DNA from: Aplysia californica
Taxonomy: Eukaryota
Direction: 5' to 3'
DNA: 64,000 bases
NCBI RefSeq assembly: GCF_000002075.1
Contig: NW_004797504.1
Location: 409,937-473,936 of the forward strand
Shown: positions 12,496 through 26,930 of the stretch, piece after piece
Numbering within the stretch: the first letter of the stretch is position 1
Layout of the letters: every line of letters starts with the position of its first letter
Translations under genes and position numbers: made by a program
The notes under the pieces: model-generated
Database searches by the model: none
What the model was told of the DNA's origin: nothing
The model's input: only the letters and a program-made list of their open reading frames with translations

Positions 12496-12823
12496 CTTGC
12501 TGACAAATTGAAAGAAAAGACGACTGTTTGTCTGAAAATGAAGAATCAAAAGACTATAAAAGAGATGAAAGAGAGTTAAGTTACTGTTACAAGTATTTAA
12601 CAACGAAGTCGCGTTCTTTTGTTAAACTTTACCCACATTTCTTTGATCTCAAGTTGTGTTGAATTTGTGGTTGACGGACGCCACTAGTAGATTTTTCTAA
12701 ATTCTTCACCTCTGCTTTCCTTATATTTGTCTCACCACTTTAGCTGCTCCAAATGCTCATTATTGTGTCGCTGTGTTTCTTTGTTTGCTCATTATCAACG
12801 CCTTCATTTAATTCCTACTTCAT

Positions 12824-13040
12824 TGTCGTCCAACGTCCATTCAATGTTTTGTTCTTAGCTCATTGTATGATTTATACAACGATCATTACGGTGTCGTCCA
12901 ACGTCCATTCAATGTTTTGTTCTTAGCTCATTGTATGATTTATACAACGATCATTACGGTGTCGTCCAACGTCCATTCAATGTTTTGTTCTTAGCTCATT
13001 GTATGATTTATACAACGATCATTACGGTGTCGTCCGACGT
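12824..13040. repeat. 68-bp tandem repeat, 3 perfect copies plus a partial
   Basis: Unit tgtcgtccaacgtccattcaatg...gatcattacgg starts at 12824, 12892, 12960 and 13028. Confidence 0.95.
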
Positions 13041-13571
13041 TTATCCCGTGTTTTATCCTCCTTTCCTTCTATGTCTTGTACGACGTTCTTTCAATGTTTC
13101 GTCCTACATCCATTCTATATTTTTCCTTCCCTGTCTATTCAAGGATTTATCCTACGTCTATTCTATGATTAGTCCTATATCTATTCAAAGATTTGTCCTA
13201 CGGTCATTCCAGTTTTTTCCTTCGTATGCTAAATACTTTGCCCCTCTTTCATTCCATGTTTTGTCCCACATTTATTCTATATTTTCCAGTTTTGTCCTAT
13301 TTTCGCTCTAAGTTATATCCTGAGTCATTCTTTGTGTTGTCTGAAGGTCAGGATAAACGTGAAAAATATAACTCTAACACAAAAGTTTAAACAGTTCATT
13401 TGAGTGTGCATATATCAGAACACTCACAATACCTGCGATTCGAAAACAGAACATCATTCTTTCAGTGATCATGAACTATAATGAGAGGCTTAACGATAAA
13501 ATAGTTGGGAATTTAATTGGGGCCACTTGATTATCAATCTGTTTTGGAAGCAGAGTTCGAAAACACCACAT

Positions 13572-14016
13572 GTGGGGCATAGTGGTGAAACCAGGCGCTC
13601 GTCAAAATAATGCAAACGAAGATATTGGCATTTTTCGCCCAGTTTAACACATTTTTTCAAGTTTTTATTCTTTAGCTCAACACTGTTTATGTCCTTCCTT
13701 TTTAAAAACATTTCTGTGAAGATTTTTTTAAAGAAAACGTTGATTAAAGTCGCAGCAAATGTAAAGTTTAAGCTTTCGAGGACTCTCTCAAGCTTTGGAA
13801 ATCAACAAACATTAGCGGCCATTTTTCCAGCTAGTTTTACCTCTGAAACCAGGTCACCCCCACCTCCTTCAGTAGCAAATATCTCAACTCTTATATGAAC
13901 GAGATGTGGGTTTTTTTTCAATGAAAGATAATCAAATGAACAAGTTTTAAAATGATACCAATAACTCCACAGGGGCCAAAAATTGACGAGCGCCTAATTC
14001 CAACGCGTTACAACAC
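13572..14016 (-). mobile_element. MITE family A copy
   Basis: Same TIRs and internal sequence in reverse orientation; more diverged. Confidence 0.8.
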
Positions 14017-14135
14017 ATATCATGCACACAGTATGCCCATATTGTTGCTATTTTAGTGTTTGTAGCACTGAGTTTGGTAGATAAATCTCACGTACTTGGA
14101 AGATTTAAGTTTTGCGGAAGATGTCTGACTATTAA

Positions 14136-14839
14136 GGGGGGAGGGGGTTTACACCTACAGCCTATCTCGCTTATTAGAGGGCCAAAATTTACCACATTTC
14201 ACACATATAACAAGCATAGAAAGGAGTCTTAAAATCTGCACATAAATTTGAGAAAAAACGTTTCGTTTCCATGTATACGGCGGCCATATTGGATTTTTTT
14301 TACATGTCTTACGTAATGAATATCGCACTTATTGCGCATGGAAATTGATTGGTTCTTGCATGCATCTTAGCAAACATTAGATCTAAAAACCTGTCTCTTG
14401 ATTTTTTCTTCAACGCATTAGACAATTTTTTATGAATTGTTTCCTGAGGCAGTGTTCCAGTTTGCAAAAAATTCAGTAAAAATCCACACTCCAAACCTCA
14501 CCAACAAAATCTATTCAAAATATAAAAAATTCAACAAACACAGTTTTAGTATTACATCTTTTCTTCATTCTGTGAAAATTTAATGAAGATTAGACGAAAA
14601 ATGGTGGACTTATTACAAAAAGTATAGAGAAAAATCGCGTTTTCAGAAAACGGAAGATAAAGAAAAATAACATTGACTTTATGAGGAAATGGTGGGGGCA
14701 AACATGGCCAGTATGGTAAGAAGCAAGGATTTTTGAAGTTCTTGTGCGACGAAATAGTTGAAGAAAAGGCTGATAAGCTTAAAATGCCTACAATTCAAAT
14801 TCCATATTTTTTAGCCGAATCAGGACCCCTCCCCTCCCC
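14136..14839. mobile_element. Non-autonomous TIR element with TTAA target duplication (Kolobok-like)
   Basis: ttaa|GGGGGGAGGGGGT ... ACCCCTCCCCTCCCC|ttaa. A similar left end occurs at ~17299. Confidence 0.6.
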
Positions 14840-16812
14840 TTAAAACCCACAGGAGAAAATATGAAATGCTATTTTTTAAATGAATTTGCAAGAGCTGCAG
14901 TAAATGTTGGCCTTGTTATAAGTGATTCCAAAACAAAAATGCTGAGATTATCACCAGAATCTACTCCTAAAACGTATTAAGGAGAATATTTTGCAAAAAT
15001 GAGTAAATTCAAGTACCTTGGCAGCTTTACCTTTAAAACTGCAAACTGCATTGCCGACATCCATTAAAGACTATAAAATGCATGGGAAGCTTTTGTGGAA
15101 TTAAAAACCACCTCGAATTCAAAGATCATTTCATTGAAGACGAAATTAAAAGATATATAATAGCAACGTTTGAGCTACACTGATGCATGGTTCCAAGATA
15201 TGGAAAACAATATTCAATGATAGTTTATTTATACAAAGCTTTCAAACAAAATATTTACGAAGAATTGTATTAATGAGATCTAATGAATTTGTTACAGAGA
15301 ATGAAGTGTTGGGAAAAAAATTGGAATTGAAGATGTCAACTCGACGATAAAGAGAAGAAATGGAGATGTTCAGGGCTTATTTTGAGAATGCCAGAGACAA
15401 GATTGCTCTATCAAACATGGTATTGGAGACCAACTGAAAAGAGAGTAAGTAAGCAAGCAGGGAAAAAATCTAGTATCTTTTGTTTTAAAATCAAACTACG
15501 CTCCGAATGGGTCTTCTTTGGACCAGGGATGTCAAATCCAATTCTTCAATCGGACAAACTCAAATTACAATTAAATTTGCGAGCCGATCCAGATAAAAAA
15601 AAATCATTTAGCAGTAGAAAATTCAACCTTTTTAAAACAATGATCATGAAACAAATACAGACACAGTTAAATACAATTCACGGCTTACTATTTTCTGCTC
15701 TTATCTTAAATATCAGAGCTGGGTGTTGAGCACATGCTCTTAGAATCAAGTTTGATTTTTAATGTTTAGAGTAAGGTTTTTTGTTACGAATGAACTCACG
15801 ATGCACAGTCTTAGATTCTCTTGTTGGCGGGATTTAATAATAGTTGTTAGCAGGTATGAATACGGTCAGTGGGACTTGGCATTGGCATTTTTGTTTCTCT
15901 CGCCCTTCTGTCCAATGCCATGTAGTGATAAGTGCAGGCTTGCTTCAGTTGCTGTTATGTTCCATATAATGTGGACGCGAGTATTTTAGACAATAGAATT
16001 TCCAATTTAAAAAATCATGCGCATGGTATTTGTCTCTATAATACTTGCCAATTGTTCAATTAGTTTTTCGGTTACTCAAAGATGGAAGTCACCAGGATAT
16101 TGTATTTACTCAATCTTTAAAAAAAAGGTTTTGCTTAGTAAATGTTTTACGGCGCTTGCAACTGTAAAAAGAAGATTTGCCAGTACTAAGGTTAGAAATA
16201 ATACAAAAGAAACGATTTACTTAAAACACTGGACGTTACTTTTGCGATCAATCTATCAAGGACAGTACAAACAAATATGTCAGCATTGAAAAAATATTAT
16301 GCAAGTGCTGTACCTTTTGTCACCTCCATTCAGAAATAAACATGTCCATGACCAACTGCACAGTTTGAATAGACAAAGAAATGAACAATTCCGTAAGCCT
16401 GTGCTCATTCAACACACAGAAATCTGAGACAAGTAATGCTCGTTACAAGCGTCTATGGTGTAGTGATTAGGCACTTCAGTGTCGCACGCACGAGACCCGA
16501 GTCCGATTTCCGAGAGGCGATAATTTTTGTGGAGTATCCGGGTCTTTTTTGTGGTGTCGTCTTCCGCTTGGATCAGGTTGGTCCCAACGTTGTTGTTAAT
16601 GAACAGCCCCAAACCAAAATAATGTAAATTGTGTTGATCGTGGTGTATAAACACCTACATTTTAAATTACGAGTAATGCTCAAAATCTTCATCACAATGA
16701 CCAAATTATGCAGTTCTAGAAAAAGGGAGGTCCCGTCCTTAACATTTATTGAAATTTCTAGCTGCTTCGGACTAATGGTATACCTGATCTTTGCTTAGGA
16801 TCTACAACCTAC

Positions 16813-16885
16813 CTTCACGAATGTACAATCGTCCCTTCACCCACTCTCTAAGTGCAGAATATCTGATGTGTGCACGTAAGAATGC
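16813..16885 (-). other. Putative 5' non-coding exon of g2 (start approximate)
   Basis: Minus strand reads gacgattgtacattcgtgaag|gtaggt, homologous to gacgattgcacaagtgtgaag|gtaagt upstream of g3. A gtgcacac motif upstream is also shared. Confidence 0.55.
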
Positions 16886-17214
16886 GCCAGTGGACGGACG
16901 ACAATCGTTTTTCCTCTCCAACCTCCCAACCCTCTCTCACACACACACTAACCCGTCGTGCTCGATGAAGCCTATTGTAATGTGTTTGGATATAGGAACA
17001 AGCCACACTCCTTCGCAAAAAGACAATTTTTTATGGTTTCGAGGAATTGTCCTGAAATCGCGGCAGCGCTCACTTGGCAGTCTGTCAAGAGTATCAACAA
17101 CAAAAAGGATACAAGACGGGATATTCTGTGAAATAAAATTCATAATACTGTATCAGTCTATTATGTCACAGTTTAACGCTTTATGTTAAGTCTGGAAGAA
17201 AATATTATGTGTGT

Positions 17215-17288
<74 letters not shown>

Positions 17289-18280
17289 TGTGCATTAAGG
17301 GGAGGGGGGGTGTCCCACGTACTTTTGGTCAATCTGGGTCAAATTGGGTATTACAATATTTTTTGCCTTTACTCACTCATTTCTTTGTTGATTTGATTGT
17401 CCTATTGCACAGTAGTAGCTAGTTGGATGTCCAACATAATTTTTATAACATTGTTATTCTATCTTCACTAAGTAGAGAGGTATCTCATTTTTTTGTTTAA
17501 AAAAAATGATTTTTTAATTTTTGACACATTTTTCGAAACTCCTCTGAAGATTACAGGTGTATCTTGATGGCACCTGGCATACTTGTTGCACTTAGAGGTG
17601 GTTACCTTGCATTGTCAGCGGTTTTTTATATCTATCTTGGTTTTCATTTTATGATTTTAAAAAAATTGGAAAATGGACCGTTTTCTGCATTTTTGACAAG
17701 ATTTGCACGATTCTTCATGTAACTCCGAAACGAAATAAGATATCAAAAGATGCTGATAACATATCACTTATATGCCTCTTGAGTACATGTGTGCCAAAGG
17801 ACAATAAAATCCCTCGGTAAATTTCAGAGGAGTGTTGATTTGAAAACATGATGTGAAAATCCAATATGCCGACATAAAATTTTATGGCTGCCATCTTGGG
17901 TCCGGGAAAAACATTTTTTCATCGTAATACCTGTATTATGACGAAGTTGTGTGCCAAATTTAAGGTTTCTAGGTCCAGAAATAAAGGAGTTAGCTCGCTC
18001 GTGGAAAAAATAATTTGTGTTTTTAAATAATCAAGCAGAGAGCCAGAAAAGATAATTAATGTTATGTTAAGGAGCATTCCTTTTCTTTAAAAGATCAATA
18101 AGAAAAGATACTTTTGGAATGAGCTATATCTCCAGGCCTGTTCATTAAAAAAATTGTTGCCATTCTAATAGAATACGTGTATGACATAATTGGCTATATA
18201 TTATCACATCACTACATCATCGTACCGTTGCGACTTTCCTTTTGCGAGGTCATATTTTGGTAGTTGAAAAATTTGAATAT

Positions 18281-18714
18281 ATGAGGCAGCGTGGTGAATC
18301 AGGCTCTAGTCAAATTAATCAAAGTGAAGAAACTTGCCTTTTTCCAAAGATTTGTGAATTTTTTTCAAATTTTTGTTTTTTGGCTCAACACCTTTCATGC
18401 CTATAAAAGAACTCATTTCTGTATGGATTTTTCTGAAAAACGTTGATTAAAGATACAAAAAATGAAAATGTTCAGTTATCACGGACTCTTAAGTTAAGGA
18501 AATAACTAATCTTTGGCGGACATTTTCTCACTAACTTTTCCTCTGAAAACAGGTGACCCCCACCTCCTTCATTCGCAAATATCTTGACTTGTATTGAAGA
18601 TAAATGGATATTTTTTTCATTCAAATAAACATCAGTGAACAAGCTTTAAGATGATACCAGTAACTCTGCATGCTCAAAAATTGACGAGAGCCTGATTCCA
18701 CCACACTGCCTCAC
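18281..18714 (-). mobile_element. MITE family A copy
   Basis: ATGAGGCAGCGTGGTGAATCAGGC ... GCCTGATTCCACCACACTGCCTCAC. Confidence 0.85.
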
Positions 18715-19358
18715 AAATATGTCCTTCAGAAAAGCCCTCAGTCTGCAAGGGTTAAGTCTATTGATCAAGCAAGCTTGGAACAAACACAAAAATTGAAAAA
18801 ATAAAATCGACTTAAAAGAAAATTTGATTTATTGGGTGGGTAGGTGTGTGTTGCCTTTTAAAAAATCAAAACAATCAATCCGGGTACAGTCTTTATACAT
18901 ATGTAATGGTATTCTTTGTAAATCCTTCTCGATATCGGCTTACGTATTCGATTCATGATTTTGTTATTATGTGATTGTTTTTTTTAAACCGTGCTTGAAG
19001 CGAATTAAGTCGACGATCACGCAAAAGCAATTGCATAGCATGCATTCGTTGTTGCGTGTCGTATCAACAAGACCTAGAAATTAAAGGGACGCTAACTTGC
19101 CTTGTTGATATGTTTCACGCATACTGTACAAACCAGTTGCAACGAATGCCATCGTGGTTTGAACTTAAAACTATTAACTTAAACTCATGCCTTTCCAAAT
19201 CATGAATCCTAGAAGCTATTAAAGGTGCCTTAGTCACCCACGTTTACTGTTTCTGTCATGATTATATTTGAGCCGTTCTTTTATTTGCAGAGCCACTATT
19301 AAGACAACTCGTATCCCCTAAAATATATACCTGTGCTATGATCATACATAATTTACGC

Positions 19359-19411
<53 letters not shown>

Positions 19412-19561
19412 TACACACACACACATGTTTATACATATATACATATAAACATTGTACGTGGCAATATATATTATATATATTAAATACATTATATATGTAA
19501 ATAAAGTTATAAGGCTGGATCTATAACTAACTAAATATTATGCTCTGATCGCCATTAATAA

Positions 19562-19920
19562 AGACAGTGAAAATAAAATAGAAGCAACAGAAATGTGGTT
19601 TCTTAGGAGACTGCTAAGGGTATTGTGGAAGGAAAAGAAATCAAATGAGGTAGTGCTTGATGAAGCCCACGCGTGACTTTCAATGTTAAAAACAATTAGG
19701 AAACGACAAATGCAGTTTTTGGGACACCTGAATAGCCAAAATGGTCTTAAACATCTAGTTCTCACTGGCAAAATTGAAGGCAAGCAAGGCAGGGGTAGGC
19801 CCAGAACAACATACTTAGGGAACCTAAACACATGGGTAACAGGGAAATATCAGGGAAATGTAGCTTTTGTGAGAGCATCTGAACAAAGGAATGAATGGAG
19901 AACCATGATCGACGATGTCT
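19562..19920 (+). mobile_element. RTE-clade LINE 3' fragment (RT C-terminal region)
   Basis: KIEATEMWFLRRLLRVLWKEKKSNEVVL...*...IRKRQMQFLGH...GKIEGKQGRGRPR...W; contains an internal stop and runs into an N gap. Confidence 0.85.
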
Positions 19921-21873
19921 NNNNNNNNNNNNNNNNNNNNNNNNNNNNNNNNNNNNNNNNNNNNNNNNNNNNNNNNNNNNNNNNNNNNNNNNNNNNNNNN
20001 NNNNNNNNNNNNNNNNNNNNNNNNNNNNNNNNNNNNNNNNNNNNNNNNNNNNNNNNNNNNNNNNNNNNNNNNNNNNNNNNNNNNNNNNNNNNNNNNNNNN
20101 NNNNNNNNNNNNNNNNNNNNNNNNNNNNNNNNNNNNNNNNACACAGGTAAGTAGTTGTTAATTCACAGTTCAGTGCACGTTTTTTGTTATATCCACTCGC
20201 ATTTTCCCCCCTCACAGCACGATAACCCATGCTTAGGTAAAATGTGTTAAATAGACCTACTGTTACTCAAGAAACACATTTTATTTCATTTTGGAAACGA
20301 TAAGTAACTGTTTTCAAACAAAATTCTTGACTTTTCTGTGATCAATTTTGACGTTTCTTTCATTACGAGAGGCCTCAACGTAACGAAATGGACTGCAAGT
20401 TTTGCTTCTGCCTAGTTCAAAGCGGGAAAATCTGTCTGATATTGAAAAGTAGTAGGACGGCTGAATTGCACATGTAGTGCTTGTAATTTGTCTTGATTTA
20501 TTCAAAGATTAATAGCACAACTGTAACACCGGGGAAAGACAAAGACAGAACAGTCTCAAGTCAACATTCCCGCCAAAGCAAAAGTCTGTCTTTGCTGATA
20601 GTTTTTTGCGTTTTTGTTTTTTCTGTTTTTGGTATTTCTGTTGGGTTTTTTTTTGGGGGGGGGGTTGTTGCTTTTTTCAGTCAAACTTGCCACGCTGTTT
20701 CTCACCACGTGGGGTTTTGTTTATTTTGCGGTAACCAATTCATTGTAGCTCCGTTAATGTAGTTTCGTTTCAATTCACCTCTTTCACACCCCCCCCCCAT
20801 AAAAACAAGGGGAAAAAACAACCCCCAAAAAAAAGGAAAGAAAACCCCCGTCACCTCTTCCTGGTCTTCTTTACAAGTCTAAAGCCCCTCAAGTAACCTA
20901 TTCCCTTTGTGCCTGATTCCTGGAGCTCACAATAGGTTCAGCACTCTCATGGTTGAGCCACAAGGTTCAGCGATATCAACACCATAATGACACATGGCTA
21001 GGTGCATACCCTATACTAAATTCATGGAAATTCAGTTGGAATATAATAAGATACTGGTGAAGTGCCAAACTTGTATACATGTATCACGAACGTTGGATGG
21101 ACATTCTTTGTCTGTCTAAAAACTTACTGTATTTCCTTTGTTTGTTTGGGAGGGGGGAGGGTGGTGTTGTTGTTTTTTTCATGGGTTTTTTTGGTGGTAA
21201 TATTGTTCATAGCAGAATTTGTCAGCCCTCAGCCCTCGGCTTGCTAGGCCAGTCATGGTTTCACAAGAGCTCCTGTAGCTAGCCACGTTTCGGAGTGATT
21301 CGTGTCAGCCTTAACTGCCAACACAACGCCCCAATGACATTAAGTTATACCGTACTTCATCCAGACCCAGCTATCCCCAACTTTGTCTTGAGTCCACCTG
21401 CCCAAAAGGAGGCGATGGGTTGTACTCGGGGAGGCAAAAACCATGCTGTGGAATTCAAAAAGAAGCGTTGAGCGGCATGTTGATGCTTAAAACACTTTTC
21501 ACAAATACGGGGTAACCCAAACGTTTATCTGCCTTCTGCTCATAGGTTCAGCTAATTACTTTATGAACTAGGGGGTGGACTTCATGCTAAGCACTCAACA
21601 CTGAAGTCGGTGAAGTTGGGGCAATAAGACTGGTGTTGACACAGTTTAGATAACCTTGGACCGCCACATGCTAAAAAATCAACTCTTTTTAAAATTATAT
21701 TTTGGTATCTTGGCTCATATTAGGAGAATTATTTCTTTACATACGCCCGATTTAACAATGTGTGCCGTGAGTATGTCATTCGATTCACACATTGAAAACA
21801 CATGTTCTATCCATTTCAGCATGCTCTGGGCTTAACAACATTGGTAGCAGAAGACAGCTTACTTAATCTAAAT

Positions 21874-22310
21874 GTGAGACAGCGTGGTAAAATCAAGCGC
21901 TCGTCATAATAATCAAAGTGATGAAACTGGCATTTGGCCGAAGGTTAGTAGATTTTTATCGAATTTTTGTTGGTTTTTTTCGCTCGATACCTGTCATGCA
22001 CGTTAAATACATTTATGTGTGGATTTTACTGAAAAGCTTTCATTAAAGGCACACACCAATGTAAGTTTTCAGTTTCCACGGACTCTCGAGCTAGGGAAAT
22101 TCTGATCTTTTGCAGCCATTTTCTCACTAACTTTACCTCTGAAACCAGGTGACCTCCACCTCCTTTATTCGCAAACATCTCGGGTTATTTTCAAGATAGA
22201 CGGATTTTTTTTTCATCCAAAGCAAGACGAATGAGCAAGCTTTAAGATGATGCCAATAATTCGACATACCCCAAAATCGTCGAAAGCCCAATGCCAAAGC
22301 GTCGTGACAC
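21874..22310 (-). mobile_element. MITE family A copy, AAAT target duplication
   Basis: aaat|GTGAGACAGCGTGG ... GCGTCGTGACAC|aaat. Confidence 0.8.
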
Positions 22311-24784
22311 AAATTATTGCGTCGTTGGGAGCGCACAACACAAGCATTAATAACAAAACAAAACAAACAAAGAGACAAATCTGTACCCGTCAATGTCTGC
22401 AGTGCCCAACATTTTAACTGATTCACAGGAGGAAAAAAACCCACCAAGACCAGTTCCCCCACGTTGGCGTCCTCTGTGCTCAGATTTCAGGACACGCCCC
22501 CTCCCCAACCNNNNNNNNNNNNNNNNNNNNNNNNNNNNNNNNNNNNNNNNNNNNNNNNNNNNNNNNNNNNNNNNNNNNNNNNNNNNNNNNNNNNNNNNNN
22601 NNNNNNNNNNNNNNNNNNNNNNNNNNNNNNNNNNNNNNNNNNNNNNNNNNNNNNNNNNNNNNNNNNNNNNNNNNNNNNNNNNNNNNNNNNNNNNNNNNNN
22701 NCGGTATCCGCTTACAATTCTAAACTTACAGCTCTGAATGGTGGTTTTTTTTTTTTTGTATTAGCTTGTTCATTTTCTAAAAATATTGTGTCTATTCATA
22801 ACTCTTACATCAGAAATTGTCCTTTATGGTCCCAGCTGCTTAGCAAAATGCGTTGTGTTTATATGAATATAATTAACAGGTTACGCCGACCTTTGTGTCA
22901 ATGTTTATTTTTAGAAAAAACCAAAACGTTTTAGACCTCAAATTAAACGAAGAAATAGTAACCAAACATGATAATTTATGAGTTCAATTTAATTTCTATC
23001 TCCGACAACACCGAGTCAAACGGCAAAACCCATGTAAAATGTATTTCCCAAGGACTCAAAGTCGGACCGAATTGAGCCTCAAAACCTGCAATCTCAAGAT
23101 TATGGGTCCGGTAGACGAACCACTAGGCTATATCGAAACAACCTTTGAAAATGTACGTGGATGTGGGTCAGAATAAAGATGAATAAATAAGACCAATTTG
23201 GACCGGACAGAATAGGAAACAGATAACGGTGTGGCACTCTCCGCCACACCGATGTTTAATGATAATAATATTCATAATAATAATAATAATAACAACAATA
23301 GTGTATATTATACCAAATTTTGGTGACTTCCAAAGCTTGAGTCTTTTTTTTTTTTTTTTGGAAACCGCAAATTTGTATTTCGTGCGCCGTTTATAAACGT
23401 TTTAAAGTAAAATGCACCGAGAAATATGTTCCTAACTTGTCGAAAAAGGTGTTGACACTCGCCACACCCGTTAAATAGGGGGAGGGGTGGTGATAAAAAT
23501 TGTCCAAAGGGGGAAAACAGTACAGTTTCTTCCATTTTGGTTTTGTTGATTTTTTTTTTTTACATTTTAACAATCGCCTGATTTCACCACTATGCCTCAC
23601 ACACCTAATGTTCGCCCAGTATGTTCTTTACTCTTTCATTCATTTAACATATTTTTAATCCGTTTATGTCACTGGTTCCAGGAAAGTATTATTGTCGGCA
23701 ACAAAGCGGACCCGGAACCAGACAGTCTCGTAAACAATATCAACATGTAAGATAATTTACAATATTAGATAGTATGACACTCAATACCTTGTAGGGGGGA
23801 CAAACTATTTGCGTTGCAAAGCAAACGATCAGATAAAAATTAAACCCCAAATTTAAAAAAACATTCCGCGCAAGAGCCGTCACAGCTCACCGCATTTTCG
23901 ATCTCTGTCCAAATAGGCATAACGACACACCTTGCATTTGCACTGTAGCCCCACACTTTGCTTGCAACAGCATTGTTCAGGCCCGACCTGATTGAACTAT
24001 AGGTTTAGGAAATAAAAGGGAGTTTGAAGATCTATGCTCATAATGGAATTGTATTAAATTATTAAAGGGGGGGAGAAGCCTTTTTTTTGGGTAAGTGTTT
24101 GAGGCGCTCACATCTGCATTAGGTTATATGAGCGCGCAAGACACATTGGACATTTTTAGTTGGTACAAAATTTTCAATTTTACCCTGGTGGTAAACGAAA
24201 CTTACTCTTATCAATTTTGGACCATCAGGGGATCTTTAACGTACGCAACATGCAGACGGGTACTCAAAGATTTTTCTACAAAAAGAGGTAAGGGGGTGGG
24301 GGCAGACGGTGGAGACAAATGCACACGACAGAACATTGTTAGAGAGCAGGAACAGAGGTTAAAAGAGACAATTATGGAGAAGAAAATTGTCCGTTCCGTT
24401 CCGGATTCGAACCCGGGACCTATTGAATGACAAACGAACACAGTAATCTCTCAATCACAAGAGCCCTCGTATTATAAATATTATGCCATTTTCCACAACT
24501 TTTTCAGGCGGTTCATAAGCTTGCCTTGGCGTAATGTGGTTTTTATCATTTATTCATTCCAAACTGCTGGGCTGGGCCCCAAATTGACTTTTATCAATAT
24601 CTGTGGTGTAGCGTTTAGGCGCTTCACTGTAGCATGCAAACATCTCGAATTTGATTCCGATGTGCTGATTTAGTTTTAGTAGAGGTTTTACGGCGCTCGC
24701 AACTGAATAAGTGCTGATTTACTTTTAGCGAGTCTCTTTGTTTTTCTGGTTGAAAGTTGAATCCCTCTTTGCCTGGGTTGACTA

Positions 24785-25299
24785 TAAGGGTGGACCGACT
24801 CCGAGAACTTCCGAACTTTCGACTCCGAACATTTTTGGGCTGGAGTTCGTCGAATTCGACTCCGAATCCGAATTCAGGTCAAGATAGCAGCTAATCAAAT
24901 TTGAGGAAAGGCAAGGTCAATTCGGTTGGATTCGTGTCCAGCCGTTCTCTCTCCAGCCGTCGAGTTGAACACGCTGTAGAGAATCCCGACGCCACGGACT
25001 GGTGCAGATAAAGGGGGCGGGGAGGGGGGGAGGGGGGGGAGGAGCGGGAAAGAGGTCACAGAGGTCGAGATTGAATCAGGCAATGTTTTAAATGTTTCTT
25101 GTGTGCAGTTTTGCGTACAATTATTTACAGTTTTAAACAAATTAAATATGTTTTCTCTCCCTGGGTTCCATTTTCCTCTTGGCTGCCCTAGTTCGGGAAT
25201 TCGTGTTCGAATTCGGCTTCCTGCCCAATGTTCGAGCCCCGACTCCGACCCCACAAATTCATCGAATTCCGAACCTCGACACGACTTCGCCCATGCTTA
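24785..25299. mobile_element. hAT-like non-autonomous element
   Basis: 8-bp flanking duplication gttgacta/gttgactc; imperfect TIRs TAAGGGTGGACCGACTC / TAAGCATGGGCGAAGTC; dense subterminal TCCGAA/TTCGA motifs. Confidence 0.7.
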
Positions 25300-26544
25300 G
25301 TTGACTCTGACAAAAAAAACCCCGCCTACTGTAGGATCTAAATTGTGTCGGGTGGAAAAGGGAGAGGGGTGCAACACCTGCAATTGCATTTTGAATTTTA
25401 AAAAAAACCCAACTGTATTCAATACTACATTTGTGCAGTCAAAATATCGTTTGACTTTAGTTTGTAGACAGTTGTGTTTGTCTGCCGCAATAGTCACGGC
25501 CCATTACTCCTGGTCGCTTTCCACTCTTGTGTTGTTGGGGCTGTTAGGGTCCAGTGGGTTTATTTTGTTTTGTTTTGTTTGTTGTTTTTTTTTGTGTTTT
25601 TTTTTTTTGGGGGGGGGGTGTTTTTCGTTTTGGTTATTTGTGTTTGTTTTTATTTCCTTTGTATCTATATCTTACTCTGCCGTCATCACACAAACTTTGG
25701 CACATTTCAATAAGTTTATTGTCTTGTTTTCGTATTTTACCGTCCCCCCCCCCCTCTCGCCACCCCCCCCCCCCCCCCTCCCCATACACACACACACACA
25801 CACACACATTCTTCCTGGTAGTTTTTTGCGTTGATATTTAAGTTCTTGATTGACCGATATCGATCTAATCGTTTATATCGACCTCATTAAGTAAGGGACG
25901 CATTATATGTTGCGCGTTAGTTTGTCTCGCCCCATGTAAAACTCTTGGTTTACAGTCTTAGCTGACTGTGAGAAGTCTGTACTTGAATTATTTGAGAGGG
26001 TGCCAACTTTTTGGGGCCAGAATAACATGAGCCGTGGAGGATAAAATATTACCTCTCTGCAGGGTGTCCAGATACAAAAAAAACCCAACAATAATACTGT
26101 ATTAAATCTATCTCTCCTGAATAGAAGTTGAGATGTTTGCATCTGTCGGCATTTTCCATCTGGTTTTGTCAATTTTCATCGAATTTTTGTTTCTTGCCTC
26201 AACATCTTTATGTCCATTCAAAAACGCATTGTTGTGTTGATTTTATTGGAAAAACTTGAATACTTGCTTGAAAAATTCCTTTACTATAGCTGACATTAGT
26301 GTACAAATACGCTGATACACAAAAGTAGGAATAATACGAAATATAAGATTACATAGACTATCCACGCGCAATTGCTATTCGCCACCGCTCGGTAAACTGG
26401 TTATCCCGTCGTCCTGCTCTACGACACATCTCAGTGGCCTCCCTCCTAAACGATAAACGATGTGTAGCCAATACATACACGATTGACATCTTTCAGGCAT
26501 CTAGGTGGAATCAAACTGTCGTCAAAATAATGAAATCGAAGATA

Positions 26545-26930
26545 TCAACATTTTCCACCTGATTTGGCAATTTGCATAGACGTTTTTTTTTCTTGCCTCA
26601 ACATCTTTTATGTCCGTGTAAAACACATTTTTTGGTGTGGATTTTACTGGAAAAAAACGTTGATTTAAGTCATTAAAATGTAAATGTTCCGTTTCCATTG
26701 ACTCTAAAACTATGGGAATCAACAAACGTTGACGGCCATTTTCTCGCTAACTTTACTTTTCAAACCAGGTGACCATACCTCGTTCAATTGCAAGTTTCTC
26801 AACTTCTATTCCGGAGATATGGGTATTTTTATTCTTCGGAAAATGAACAAATGAACAAACTTTAAATTGATACAAATATCTCCACATGCTCAAAAATTGA
26901 CAAGTGCCTGATTCCACCGTGTCTTGGCAT
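26545..26930 (-). mobile_element. Degenerate MITE family A copy (further fragments at ~26150-26260 and ~23310-23600)
   Basis: Internal homology plus one eroded TIR (ttgacaagtgcctgattccacc). Confidence 0.6.

Noticed and set aside
25301-25841. Long hydrophobic ORFs (also 34459-34971, 63539-63813 and the CV/TH-repeat ORFs)
   Set aside because: They derive from low-complexity T/G tracts, microsatellites or N gaps and show no recognisable domain or splice structure.
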